Positions 14,029 through 26,010 are shown, numbered from the stretch's first letter. The stretch: DNA of 64,000 bases from Malacoraja senta (GCA_038087875.1 JAXLNO010000630.1:124001-188000); one strand, 5' to 3'. The notes: a model not told the origin generated them from the letters alone. Numbers and translations: made by a program.

Positions 14029-15283
14029 ATGTCTAAGGTGAAGAGGCGGGCTGCAGCGAAGCCGGCTGCTGAAGACCGCGGGCCTCCGGGTAGCGGGCGG
14101 CCGCCAATTTCGCCTTCAGGGTCGCTAGCAGAGGAGCCAGCGGCTACAGACTTGGTGCCGACAGTAAGCACCTTGGCTACCCCGCAGGGGAGAAAAGCCA
14201 CCAGGAAGTCTGTCAGGGCCCTGGACTCGGATGAGTCGGGCCAGGAGGATTCTCCTCCTTCTATGGGCAGTGTTTTTGGGAGACTGACCCACATGGAGCA
14301 CCTAATTGAGAGGTTGCTCCAAAGCGATATGCTCCAAAGAAGGGAGCTATCTGCGACCGGGTATTATGGAGAACCCACGGCAGCGGCACCTGTCTCAGGG
14401 CTGCATAATGTCTCCCTCTCTATCGAGGGGAGCGTGAGAGGCCAGTTTTACACTCTCAGATTACGGAGGCACAGCTGGGGAGCATGCTTCAAGGCATGAG
14501 GGGCAAGCCTCGGGAGTACTTCCCATGGCATCCAAATTTGCCATATCTTCCCAATCAGGGGTACCACTGGGAGAGGATTTAGACTTGAGCATTAATTATC
14601 TGGCCTCTCACCAGCTCCAAGATCAGACCATGGAGGAAACCACTACCAAATATCATACAGTAAACTGTGCCTCATTGAATGTCCCGGCAGTGAATCACTC
14701 CATCTGGGGACACATTGGAGGGGGCGTCAGAGCCCAGGAGGTAAAACTACAAAAAAAATTAAGATTACTTGCCTCAGGCATCACGGCCTTTGCCAGGTCG
14801 GTGGATGGGGGAGGGGGGGGAAGGGGCCTCTCTGATGTTCAACAGGATGCCATGGCATTAATGTGCAATGCACATTTTGAAATTAATTGTCTCCGAAAGA
14901 ATGCCATCCGTCCTGCTCTGAACCCAAAATTTGCAGCATTGTGCAAGGCCGGGAACATCCAACCATCTAATCTCCTGTTCGGGGAAGATCTGCCTAAGCA
15001 GCTCAGGGAGCTGGATGATGAGGCTAAAACTGTCGGCTTTATGAAGGCCCCAACACCTTCCAAGACTTCATCCTTCTGGCGGCAGTACCCCTGTCCTCCT
15101 CTCTACACCAGACGGTTCGCCGGATATGGTGGGCATCACGTACAACAGGCACAGAGGCCTTTTTTAGGGAAGGGCCCAGGCCGGGCCATGTTCAGGATGC
15201 GCTGATGGCGCCCTCCAACAGCCCTACCCCCCAGACCTCGGGGGCAGAAGCAAACACCATACTGCCGATAACCACTGAGGTAA
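14029..15283 (+). pseudogene. DIRS ORF1 (gag-like), disrupted
   Basis: ATG at 14029. ORFs 13996-14499 and 14525-15205 carry LNVPAVNHSIW, IRPALNPKFAALC and LLFGEDL, with homologous motifs in the minus-strand DIRS (40916-41197). Confidence 0.75.
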
Positions 15284-15912
15284 GTGAGTCTTGTTGTTTG
15301 CGTAACACAGTTTCGATGGATCTGTTACAAGTTGGGGGGAGATTACAATTTTTCTTATATGAATGGCGTTGGATAATATCTGACCCGTTTATACTGCGCA
15401 GTATACAAGGTTTCCAAATTGAGTTCCTTTTCAATTCGCCTCCACCCACACAGCATACACCGAGCCGCACTTCTGTTCCTTCACAACAGGAGTGTGCGAA
15501 TGCACAAGCTGAAATAGAATCTTTACTCAAGAAAGGGGTAATTGAGAAGTCGAATCATGAGTCTCACCAATTTGTGTCCAATATATTTACTAGGGAAAAG
15601 AAGGATGGAGGATGCCGAATCATCCTTGATTTGACTGAGCTTAACACCTTTGTGCAGTTTAAACACTTCAAAATTGAAAACGTTGTTACTGCCAGACAAC
15701 TGGTTTCCAAGGGGTGTTACATGGCATGCATGGACCTCAAAGATGCTTACTATTCGGTGGCCATTCATGAAGACCACGTGAGATATTTGAAGTTTAGCTG
15801 GATGGGGCAATTGTGGCAGTTTAAAGCATTGCCTAATGGGTTAACCTCAGCCCCAGACTATTCACAAAATTGCTAAAACCAGTCCTGGGGCTACTCAGGG
15901 CACAGAATCATA

Positions 15913-16850
15913 AAGTAGGAGCCGCCATCTTGGAGGAACGGCTGCTAAACAGCAGCCGTCCGTCAAATTCACTCTTTCTTTTGTTTTAGTGTTTTTTATT
16001 TCTTTGTTTGTTTGGGGGGTTTTGACTTTTAACGTGGGGGGGTAAGGGGGTAACTATTTCTAGGTCCCTACCTGGTCGGTGAGGCAGCTTTTTCTCCAGG
16101 CTGCCTCGTCGACCCGTCCTCGTGGCCTACCAGCGGGCATGGAGCGCCGTTTCCTGACGGGGACCGCCCAGCACCTTCAGCTTCGGTGGCGGCACAGCGC
16201 TGGAGCGCTATCGGAGAGCGTAGCGGGCGATGCCTTGCCTGTGTCGCCGCGCTGGATCGACGCGCTGGAGCTCCGGTATGCGCTGACTGCCGACACCAAC
16301 ACCTCCGGGCTGCGGGACTGCGGAGCGACCAGCCGTGGGCGGCGGCGCCGACTCCAACATCGGGAGTCGGCTTCAGGTGCCATGGACTCCGTCGGGAAAC
16401 CGGCCGTTCCAGCCGCTCCGAGGACTCTCCCGACGACCAGGAACATCGGGCCTCCGTAGAGGCAACTGTGGTGGCCTCGATGGGCCTGACGCTGGGGAGA
16501 ACTGGGTTGGGGACTGGACATTGTGCCTTCCCCCACAGTCGTGGTCATTGTGGGGGGATGATTTTGTGTGCTGTGCCTGTCAGTCCGTGTACAAGATGGC
16601 GGTCGGAGGGGAGAGTGGACGCTGGTGCGAATTGGTCGCCGCTGCTCTCTCATCAAATTGTGTTTCTTATTTTCTTTTGGTGCTCTTGAAATTGAATTCT
16701 GTCCTTGATTTGTGTACTGTGGTATTTTTATATTTAATTTATTCCGATTATGTGTTTTTTTTTTTTTTTGTGATTCTATGCATTGTAAGGTGTCCTTGGG
16801 TTTTAGAAAGGCGCCAGTAAATAAAATGATTATTATTATTATTATTATAA
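15913..16850 (+). mobile_element. ~940-bp non-autonomous GC-rich element with L2-type 3' tail inserted in DIRS RT
   Basis: Absent from the duplicate (cagaatcata/tagtcatgg contiguous at ~56790). Ends in tgtaaggtgtccttggg...gaaaggcgcc...aaataaaatg(att)n, resembling the L2-clade tail. Confidence 0.7.
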
Positions 16851-17112
16851 TAGTCATGGCATACTTGGATGACATCTTAATCATTGGGAAGACTATGGAA
16901 TTAGCTGAATTATCTGTGTCAGCTACCAAACTCATGTTTGAGAGACTGGGGTTCCTAATACATCCAGTTAAGTCCAAATTGGTATCATCTAGAGTAATTG
17001 ATTATTTGGGATTCACCATTAACTCAATTCACATGTCAGTGACTCTGCCTTGGGGCAAGCAATTAGAATTAATTGAAGCCTGCAGTACCCTCATTGTTAA
17101 GAACCAACCTTC

Positions 17113-17472
17113 GCGGGTCCGGTTGAGAGACCACTTTCCGGAGCTCCCGCAACGCAACTTCTCCCGCCCGTGTCGCGGGGTTGGAACGACCCGGAGCAAG
17201 GCCGTAAATCGCCCGGCGCGGCTTTAATGGCCGTGGGACTTAACATTGCCCGCCTGGGGCTTCAACATCGGGAGAAAAATGGTGCAGGGGAGAGAAAAGA
17301 CTTTGCCTTCCATCACAGTGAGGAGATTCACTGTGATGGATGTTTTTCTGTGAATTGTTTATGTGTCGTGTAGGAATTGTTTTGTTTGTATGGCTGTGGA
17401 AACGGAGTTTCGTTTGAGCCTCTTTGAGGTTCAAATGACAAGAAATAAAATCTAATCTAATCTAATCTAATC
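17113..17472 (+). mobile_element. SINE-like insertion (Rex/Babar-like tail) in DIRS RT
   Basis: Absent from the duplicate (~57053). Ends in gaggttcaaatgacaa...aataaa(atcta)n. The same family occurs at ~31415-31885. Confidence 0.7.
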
Positions 17473-18496
17473 TATTAGACATGTGGCTAGTATAATTGGC
17501 ATGTTAGTAGCTGCTTTCCCAGCTGCTCAGTTCGGGCCTTTGCACTCAAAACTTACATCGTGCAAAGGAGCAGGCACTCAAACTTCATAGAGGTCACTTC
17601 GATAGACCCATGCAGTTGCCAGCTGAAGCCATTGCTGAGTTATAATGGTGGGTGACCAATATTCGGTATTGCTCTAGTACTATTTTAGTTGATACAGCAT
17701 CAGTTATCCTGCAAACTGATGCCAGTGCTCTAGGTTGGGGTGCTACCAACACCGTCTCAAGCTGCAGTGGCAGATGGAATCTGCAGGAATCATCGATGCT
17801 TCAGTCACATGGTATTAACTACTTAGAGTTGTTGGGAGCACTCTATGGGTTAAAGGCTTATTGTAGCAATATGCATCATGTGCATGTTCAACTTCAGGAT
17901 GACAACACTACAGCAGTGGCATACATTAATCACATGGGTGGAAGTAAGTCTGTATCCTGTGATAAATTGTCTAACCTCATTTGGCACTGGTGTATTATGA
18001 GAAACATCTGGGTTTCATCTATCCACTTACCAGGTAGATATAACATGGTGGCGGACAACAGGTCACGGGAATTCAATGACAACAAAGAATGGATGTTGAA
18101 TCATGAAGTGTTTAACGACATTGCCGTTCGGTATGGTGTACCTGACATTGATCTGTTTGCATCCAGACTAAATCATCAGTTACCAAATTACGTTTCATGG
18201 GAACCAGACTCAGGAGCAGTAGCAGTAGATGCATTCTCGCTACACTGGGGTGGAAAGTTCTTGTATGTGTTTCCCCCAATTTGCCTCATCAGTCGATGCT
18301 TGGCCAAGATCAAGCAAGACTCCGCCTCTGGCATATTGGTAGTACCAGACTGGCCTAGTCAGCATTGGTTCCCACTCATCCTAGCTATGAATACACAGCC
18401 TTTTATGGCTGTCCCCAAAAGCAGAAAGCTGCTGGTACATCCTGTGACAGGGGAAAGCCATCCTCTGCATGACCGAATAAATTTATTGGTTTGCAG

Positions 18497-19489
18497 ATTC
18501 TGAGGAGACCATTCTTGGGGCTCGGACTTTCAGATCGTACGGTAGATGTTATCACTGCGGCCTGGAGGTAGAGCACCCAGAAACAGTACATCTCTCATAT
18601 AAGGAAATGGGAGATGTACTGCTCTCTCTCGAATATTTTGTACGACACGGCTTCCATTACGGATGTTTTGGAGTTCCTTTCTACACTATTCTACGATCAG
18701 AAACTCAGTTATAGTGCCATAAATAGTGCTAGGAGCACTTTGTCATCTTACTTATGGCTGGGGTCAGTGAACCACACTGTCGGATCTCACCCCTTAATAA
18801 CCAGATTTATGAATGGCATTTTTAACTCTACTCCCCCTAGGCCCAGATATTCACAGATATGGGATGTGAGCGTGGTCCTCACGCTGCTCTGTCAGTGGGC
18901 ACCAGCTTCATCTCTGTCTCTCCCTAATCTCACACTTAAGGTAGTCATGCTCATGGCGCTGGTCTCAGCGCAACGGGTCCAGACGTTAAATAAACTTAGA
19001 ATGGACAGCATGGTTACATCTTTTGACAACATCACCTTTTTTGTTCATTATCTATTAAAGCAGGGTGGACCAGGGATGTCGGGGCTCAAATTAAGTTTTA
19101 TGGCTTACCCCTTTGACCAACGTTTGTGTGTGGTATCTCACATACTACAATACATTAAGGTCACTAAGAGCCTCAGAGGCTCGGAATTATCCTTATTCAT
19201 CAGCTACACCAAACCTCATAGGAAGGTTACAATGCAGACCATTTCAAGATGGATAAAACAGGAGCTGGCATGTGCAGGAGTGGACACTGACACTTTTAAA
19301 CCTCATTCCACCAGGGCTGCATCTACGCCAGCAGCAAGGGATATGGACGTCCCTCTCGACCACATTCTAGCGGCTGCGGGATGGTCTAATGAACTGACGT
19401 ACCAAAGGTTTTATAACAAACCTATTGCCAGACCGGGGACTTTTGCTAATTCTGTTTTAGGTTCAGTTTTACAGTTTCCCCCTGGGTGA
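18497..19489 (+). pseudogene. DIRS tyrosine recombinase (phage-integrase family) with one premature stop
   Basis: Contains SYSAINSARS, SAQRVQTL (catalytic R), PHSTR (HxxR) and AAGWS...RFY (catalytic Y). TAG at 18569-18571 lies where the minus-strand DIRS has Lys (WRKSTQKQY). Confidence 0.9.
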
Positions 19490-20212
19490 GAGGGGTCACT
19501 TTTATTTTCTTTGATTATTAAAGCATCAGCATTTTTATCTATGTCATGTTTGAATGCATTAATTATTTCTCACTCATCCTGGTCAACTGATGCAGTGTGT
19601 GACGCATGGACTCGTTTCCACGGCATGAAATCACAGCTTCAAAATCTTCATGTAGTCACTCACGTGACTCCGAAGTAAAATAGTAAGATTAAACGAGAAC
19701 TTACCAGTTTGAAGTTTGATCTTTATTTTATGAGGAGTTACGATGAACGATTACGTGCCCTCCGCTCCCAACCCTCGTAACATAAAGATCTTCTCGAAGT
19801 TCTGGTCAGCTCTAATCTTACTATTTTAGTTCAACAATTGTTACCTGTGATTTCACACCGCTGCTTTGAAGATTGACGCGCATGCGGCTTGACGGCCTTC
19901 TTCACGTAATCGCTCATCGTAATTCCTCATAAAATAAAGATCAAACTTCAAACTGGTAAGTTCTCGTTTAATCTTACTATTCTGAACTAGGATTAATCCT
20001 GTATTATTCACTAATGGCTGCATGCTACACTTGGGAGTTTTGTCTTCTTATTAACATCTGTCACTTACACAGAAACTTTGAGTGTAACTACTTGGAGATT
20101 TTCACTGAACCTTGGCTTACAGCACAAGACCCTTGTCTTGAGCATAACTCTTGGATTTAAGCAAGCACATCACACAATTTCCTCTGCAACCACAGGAGAT
20201 GGAACACCTGTC

Positions 20213-22500
20213 CCTACACAATAGACAATAGGTGCAGGAGTAGGCCATTCCTGCCCTCCCCGTATCCCCTGGCTCCGCTATCTTTAAGAGCCCTATCTAG
20301 CTCTCTCTTGTAAGTATCCAGAGAACCGGCCTCCACCGCCCGCTGAGGCAGAGAATTCCACAGACCCACAACTCTCTGTGAGAAAAAGTGTTTCCTCGTC
20401 TCCGTTCTAAATGGCTTACCCCTTATTCTTAAACTGTGGCCCCTGGATCTGGACTCCCCCAACATCGGGAACATGTTTCCTGCCTCCAGCGTGTCCTAAC
20501 CCTTAACAATCTTATATGTTTCAATAAGATCCCCTATCATCCTTCTAAACTCCAGACTGTACAAGCCCAGCCGCTCCATTCTCTCAGCATATGACAGTCC
20601 CGCCATCCCGGGAATTAACCTTGTAAACCTACGCTGCACTCCATCAATAGCACGAATGTCCTTCCTCTAATTAGGGGATCAAAACTGCACACAATACTCC
20701 AGGTGTGGTCTCACTAGGGCCGTATACAACTGCAGAAGGACCTCTTTGCTCCTATACTCAACTCCTCTTGTTATGAAGGCCAACATGCCATTCGCTTTCT
20801 TCACTGCCTGCTGTACCTGCATGCTTACTTTCATAGACTGATGAACAAGGACCCCAGATCCCTTTGTACTTCCCCTTTACCCAACTTGACACCATTTAGA
20901 TAGTAATCTGCCTTAGTGTTTTTTATACCAAAGTGGATAACATCCCATTTATCCACATTAACCTTCATCTGCCATGCATCTGCCCACTCACCCAACCTGT
21001 CCAAGGCATCTTGCATTCTCATAGCATCATCCTCACAGTTCACACTGCCACCCAGCTTTGTGTCATCTGCAAATTTGCTAATGTTACTTTGAATTCCTTC
21101 ATCCAAATCATTGATGCATATTGAAAATAGATGTGGTCCCAGCACCGAGCCTTGCGGTACCCCACTAGTGACTGTGTGCCATTCTGAAAGGGACCCGTTA
21201 ATCCCTACTCTTTGTTTCCTGTCTGCCAACCAATTTTCTATCCATGTCAGCACTCTACCCCCAATACCATGTGCCCTAAATTCGCCCACTAATCTCCTAT
21301 GTGGGACCATATCAAATGCTTTCTGAAATTCCAGGTATACTACACTACTTTCACTGGCTGTCCCTTGTCCATTTTCCAAGTTACATCCTCAAAAAATTCC
21401 AGAAGATTAGTCAAGCATGATTTTCCCTTCGTAAATCCTAGCTGACTTGGACGGATCCTGTTACTCCTATCCAAATGTGCCGCTATTTCATCTTTCATAA
21501 TTGACCAGCATCTTTCCCACCACCGATATCAGGCTAACTGGTCTATAATTCCCTGTTTTCTCTCTCCCGCCTCAGAAAGTGGAATAACACTAGCTACCCT
21601 CCAATCCAGAGGAACTGATCCTGAATCTATAGAACATTGGAAAATGATCACCAATGCGTCCATGATTTCCAGACCCATTTCCTTAAGTACCCTGGGATGC
21701 AGACCATCAGGCCCTGGGGATTTATCAGCCTTCAGATCCATCAGTCTACCCAACACGATTTACTGCCTAATGTGGATTCCCTTCAGTTCCTCCGTCACCC
21801 CAGATCCACTGGCCACTAGTACATTAGGAAGATTGTTTGTGTCCTCCTTAGTGAAGACCGATCCAAAGTAACTGTTCAACCCATCTGCCATTTCCTTGTT
21901 CCCCATAATAAATTCACCTTTTTCAGTCTTCAAGGCTCCAACTAATTTTTTCTTCTTCACATACCTAAAGAAGCTTTTACTATCCTCCTTTATATTCTTG
22001 GCTAGTTTACCTTCGTACCTCATCTTTTCTCCCCGTACTGTATTTTTAGTTATCTTCTGTTGCTCTTTAAACATTACCCAATCCTCTTGCTTCCCGCCTA
22101 TCTTTGCTACGTTGTACTTCTTCTCTTTTATTTTTATACTGTCCCTGACATCCCTTGTCAGCCACGGTCACCCCTTACTTCCCTTGGAATCTTTCTTCTT
22201 TGGAATGAACTGATCCTGTACGTTCTGTATTATTCCTAGAAATACCTGCCATTGTTGTTCCACTGTCATCCCTGCTATGGTAACTTTCCAGTCAACTTTG
22301 GCCAGCTCCTCCCTCATGGCTCCATAGGTAGCCCTTTATTCAACTCTAACACTGACATCTCCAATTCACCCTTCTCCCTCTCCAATTGTGGATTAAACTT
22401 GACAATATTATGGTCACTACCTCAGAATGGCTCCTTCACCTCAAGTTCCTTTATCAAATCTGGTTCATTACATAACACTAAATCCAGAATTGTCTTCTCC
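20213..22500 (-). mobile_element. CR1 LINE, degenerate
   Basis: ORFs 21760-22074, 21529-21756, 20831-21379 (GVPQGSVLGP, FADD) and 20214-20474. Duplicated at ~59790-62077. Confidence 0.9.
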
Positions 22501-23031
22501 AACCTGAACCAACCTGATCTCCCGGTTGCTGGACACTTTAATTCTCCTTCCCATTCCCACACAGACCTTTCTGTCTTCAGTCTCCTCCATTGTCAGAGTG
22601 AGTGAAGCTAAACACAAATCGGAGGAACAGCATTTCATATTTTGCTTGGCAGCTTATAGCCCAGTGGTATGAATCTTGATTTGTCCCACATCAGGTAGCT
22701 CCGGCATTCCCTCTCTCTCTCTATCCCTCCCCCACCCAAGTCGCACCAGCTTCTCATTTTCACCCTACAAACAGCCTACAATGGCCTGTTTCCTTTATCG
22801 ACGTCACTTTTTTACATATCTTTCATTCATTGTACTTTATCATCCAACTTTTCCAGCACCGTCTATATCTCTTGGTTCCCTTATCCCTAACCCTAACCAG
22901 TCTGAAGAAAGGTCTCAACCCGAAACGTCACCCATTCCTTTTCTCCAGAGATGCTTCCTCTCCCGCTGAGTAACTCCAGCTTTTTGTGTCTATCTTCGGT
23001 TTAAACCAGCATCTATAGTTCCTTCTTAGAC
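22501..23031 (+). mobile_element. Penelope-like element 3' end (GIY-YIG C-terminus plus pseudo-LTR)
   Basis: Translates to QPDLPVAGHFNSPSHSHTDLSV..LLHCQSE..EEQHFIFCL...PSGMN, the typical PLE endonuclease end, followed by ctgaagaaaggtctcaacccgaaacgtc. Duplicate at ~62078-62602. Confidence 0.8.
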
Positions 23032-23047
23032 AACAAACAACCTGTTA

Positions 23048-23746
23048 AGGGCCTGTCCCACTTACGTGTCCTTGGCACGCAAATTACACGACCTCGTGGT
23101 CGCATTGAGCCGAGACAGTCGAGCGAAGGTCGGGCGCGATTACATGCGTACGCACAGCCGTCTGGAGCGCGTGACGTCATTTGAAGATGGACACAAATCT
23201 GGAGTAACTCACCGGGACCGGCAGCGTCTCTGGAGAGAAGCAATGAGTGATGTTTCGTGTTGAGACCCTTCCTCAGTCTGAAAAGAGGGTCTTGACCTGA
23301 AACATCACCCATTCCTTCTCTCCAGAGATGCTTCCGGTCCCGCTGAGTTACTCCTGCATTTTGTGTCTACAATTTTCTTGGCCCCGCTCTGGGAGTAGGA
23401 ATGGGGCCGGATCCGGACCGCAACGGCCGTGAGCCCCAGGCCGTGTTCGACGATCGTTTGCCTGTTTCTGCTGCTGTTGAAGGTGGGACGTTGCGTCGCG
23501 CCAGGGTCTTGGGCCTGTCCCACTTTGGCCGTCAGTTACGTTACAGGCCGTTGGCGCGCAAAGATTTAGTTCACTGCAAGAATTTTGGAGCCCCGCGCGA
23601 TGTCGGGACCAGCCCCGCACAACTCCAAACACCTCCGCGCTTCTAAGTGGGTCCGGCCCCGCGCGGCCATTCGGTGCCCGTACGCCTCAAGCGACCACGA
23701 GGTCGCGTAATTTGCGAGCCAAGCACGCGTAAGTGGGACAGGCCCT
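23048..23746. mobile_element. PIF/Harbinger-type MITE
   Basis: ~56-bp imperfect TIRs starting agggcctgtcccacttacg, with TTA duplicated at 23045-23047 and 23747-23749. Contains an inverted PLE-end pair. Duplicate at 62619-63209. Confidence 0.8.
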
Positions 23747-24086
23747 TTAGTCTGTTTTGGTTGCGCTGGTACTTAAGCTAATTAGAAACTCCTGCTCCAT
23801 AATGAATCATTTTTTAAAGACTATTTACACACAGAAGAGAACTCCAATTCATGGCCTAGTGTTTTGCACAGAGTGAAGGGAATTTCAACAACCTTGAGGG
23901 GTACAAACCAGAGCGATTACCCCCTCGATCTCCAAATGTTGTACCGTGTTACTTTAAAAAATCCTAGACATTGCACAACAGGGATATGAAACCGGGGTGG
24001 ACATACACAATTTTAATATCATATTTTAAACAGATGGGCTAAAAGGCCTGTTGCCTTGCTGTATAACTATGATTTCAATTTCCACA

Positions 24087-24586
24087 TAGGGTTGCCAACT
24101 GTCCCGTATTAGCCGGGACATCCCGGATTTTGGGCTAAATCGGTTTGTCCCATAAGGGACCACCCTTGTCCCATATTTGACTGCTACTACTCGGGTCGAG
24201 GGGACTATCCGGTTGGATCGCCGTGTCACCCATCCCAACGTAGTGCAGTGCATGGAGTGCAGCAGCATTGCCTCGCCCGTGGCCCTGTCATTCGGCAGCC
24301 CGGCCAGCTGACCGACCTTCGCTTACCACCGACACCACCACCCCTCCTTCTCATGGACGATCATCGGTTCATGAGTTGGATAGGGTGCCGGACATTGTGC
24401 GCAATGTCGTTCGGGCTAAAAGTCCTCAGCTGGCCCGCCGGCTGGGCTTTGTGTGCAGTCCAGCACCTGGGCCAACTTATCGTTCATCCAACCATGGCCG
24501 AGTCGGTCAACGAATTGCCGTCGGGAATTTGTCCTGTATTTTCACTTTTTTCCCCTTATTTGGGAGTGAGAAAGTTGGCAACCCTG
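24087..24586. mobile_element. hAT-type non-autonomous DNA transposon
   Basis: TIRs tagggttgccaact / agttggcaaccctg with an 8-bp TSD tttccaca / ttcccaca (7 of 8 match). The duplicate at 63555 is truncated at ~63830. Confidence 0.8.
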
Positions 24587-25695
24587 TTCCCACAGGTAAT
24601 CGCACTCTGCCTCAACTAGAAAGCTTCCTAACGTCGGACAAGTAACTGCAACTAGTGTTTCCCCATAAATGAGAAGAATTAATCGGGTAGATGAGCAGAG
24701 TCTCTTGCCCAGAGTAGGGGAATCGAGGCTCACAAACTTGTGAGCATCAGAAAGAGTTTTCTTTCAATAAATTACAGTGTAACTTTCAAAGCCCAACCCA
24801 AGAGCTGTTCTTACCTGGTATGTGCAAACTTCGGGGCAATTCCAGACAAATAACTGGCATATCTAATTCAGTTTGCACAAGTTCCGAATTGTAGATAAGA
24901 AGTTTGTTTTGCCAGCATATTTACAGTTCCAATTAAGCAAAAAAATAATAATAATACTGCTTTGAATGGTCAAAGCAAATGAAGGGTCCCGTACCTGAAA
25001 TGTTAATGTTTCTCCTTCCACAGATGCTGCCTGACCTGCTGAGAGAGTTTCCAGCATTTTGTTTCGGGTTTTGCAGCATCTGCACGTTTGGTTTCCCCAA
25101 GGGGCTCTCGCCTGTATTTATACCCTTGACATCTGCCAAACTTGACAATGAGTTGTAGAGGGATCTTCATATTTACTGGAAGTTGGTGAGTGGAGGTGGG
25201 CGACTTGTGTCGGAAGGAACTTACTCCGAAAATAGACATGAAAGGCTGGAGTAACTCAGCGGGTCAAGCAGCATCTCTGGAGAAAATGGAACAGGTGACA
25301 TTTCGTGTCGAGACCCTTCTTCAGGCTACTTGCTTTTTCCACACAAAGGGTGGTTGGGGCGGGGTCTATCCCAACGTTAAAGAAACAGTTAGATAGGTAC
25401 ATGGATAGGACAAGTTTAGAGGGATATGGGCCAAACGCAGGCAGGTGGGATGAATGTAGACAAGGCATGTTGCTCGGAGTGGGCAAGTTGAGCTGAAGGG
25501 CCTGTTCCCATAATGTACAACTATGATATAATAAATGTGCATACATACTTATATAACCTCACAACGACACCTTAATATGGGCCAGAGAACAAAATGGCCA
25601 TTGTTCTGTTAGTAAAATGGATGGACAACACAAGAGCAACTGGAACAACACCGAGCTTCCCACCAAAACACTCAGCTAGTCAATGTCTTCAGCGT

Positions 25696-25725
25696 CTGAG
25701 GAAGGGTCCCGACCCGAAACGTCAC
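25696..25725 (+). ncRNA. Minimal hammerhead-ribozyme-like motif in a Penelope pseudo-LTR
   Basis: CTGAGGA-A-GGG(tcccga)CCC-GAAAC-GTC: CUGANGA/GAAA core, 3-bp stem II, palindromic ACGT in place of stem III, and a GUC cleavage triplet. Confidence 0.6.
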
Positions 25726-25914
25726 CCATTCCTTCTCTCCAGAGATGCTGCCTGGTGATCTATGGTCAGTATTGGCTGTGAGCCGAAGAGCCCAATACCA
25801 TCCTGTATTACTAAGCTAAACCTAAAAGTGATGTCGTTCGAATCTACGACTAGTCTTGGATAGCTACATTTCTGAGCAGAAGTCGTGGCACTTGTATGGT
25901 CATGGGAAAACCAG

Positions 25915-25947
25915 AAACACACACAGACACACACAGACAGACACAGA

Positions 25948-26010
<63 letters not shown>

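Larger units (their letters stand above)
15205..18503 (+). pseudogene. DIRS RT-RNaseH-methyltransferase-like ORF, frameshifted and split by two SINE-like insertions
   Basis: 15205-15876 (VGGRL, IILDL, DLKDAYY, LPNGL), ~16851-17112 (YLDD, YLGF), 17652-18503 (TDAS, DLFASRLN, YVFPP, VVPDWP). Confidence 0.9.
13810..19981 (+). mobile_element. DIRS1-type tyrosine-recombinase retrotransposon copy A (full structure, decayed ORFs, two nested insertions)
   Basis: Left end ttttacttcggagtcacgtgagtgactacatgaaga. The internal complementary region ~19646-19746 matches both termini, and the right ITR/extension lies at ~19880-19981. Encodes ORF1, RT (MDLKDAYY, YLDD), RNase H (TDAS, INYLEL, DNTTA), methyltransferase-like and YR domains. 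Confidence 0.95.

Noticed and set aside
16079..16977. Several overlapping 120-270 aa ORFs
   Set aside because: They arise from a GC-rich, stop-poor repeat and show no recognisable domains.
18614..19489. Prophage integrase / bacterial contamination
   Set aside because: It is embedded in a DIRS retrotransposon with RT and ITR/ICR, amid vertebrate repeats.
22885..22898. Telomere-like CCCTAA repeat
   Set aside because: Only two units, and one in the duplicate, so it is local slippage.
24815..24940. Possible next Mx exon (minus-strand CAG|GTAAG donor)
   Set aside because: No Mx similarity in the open frame and no acceptor at a suitable distance.
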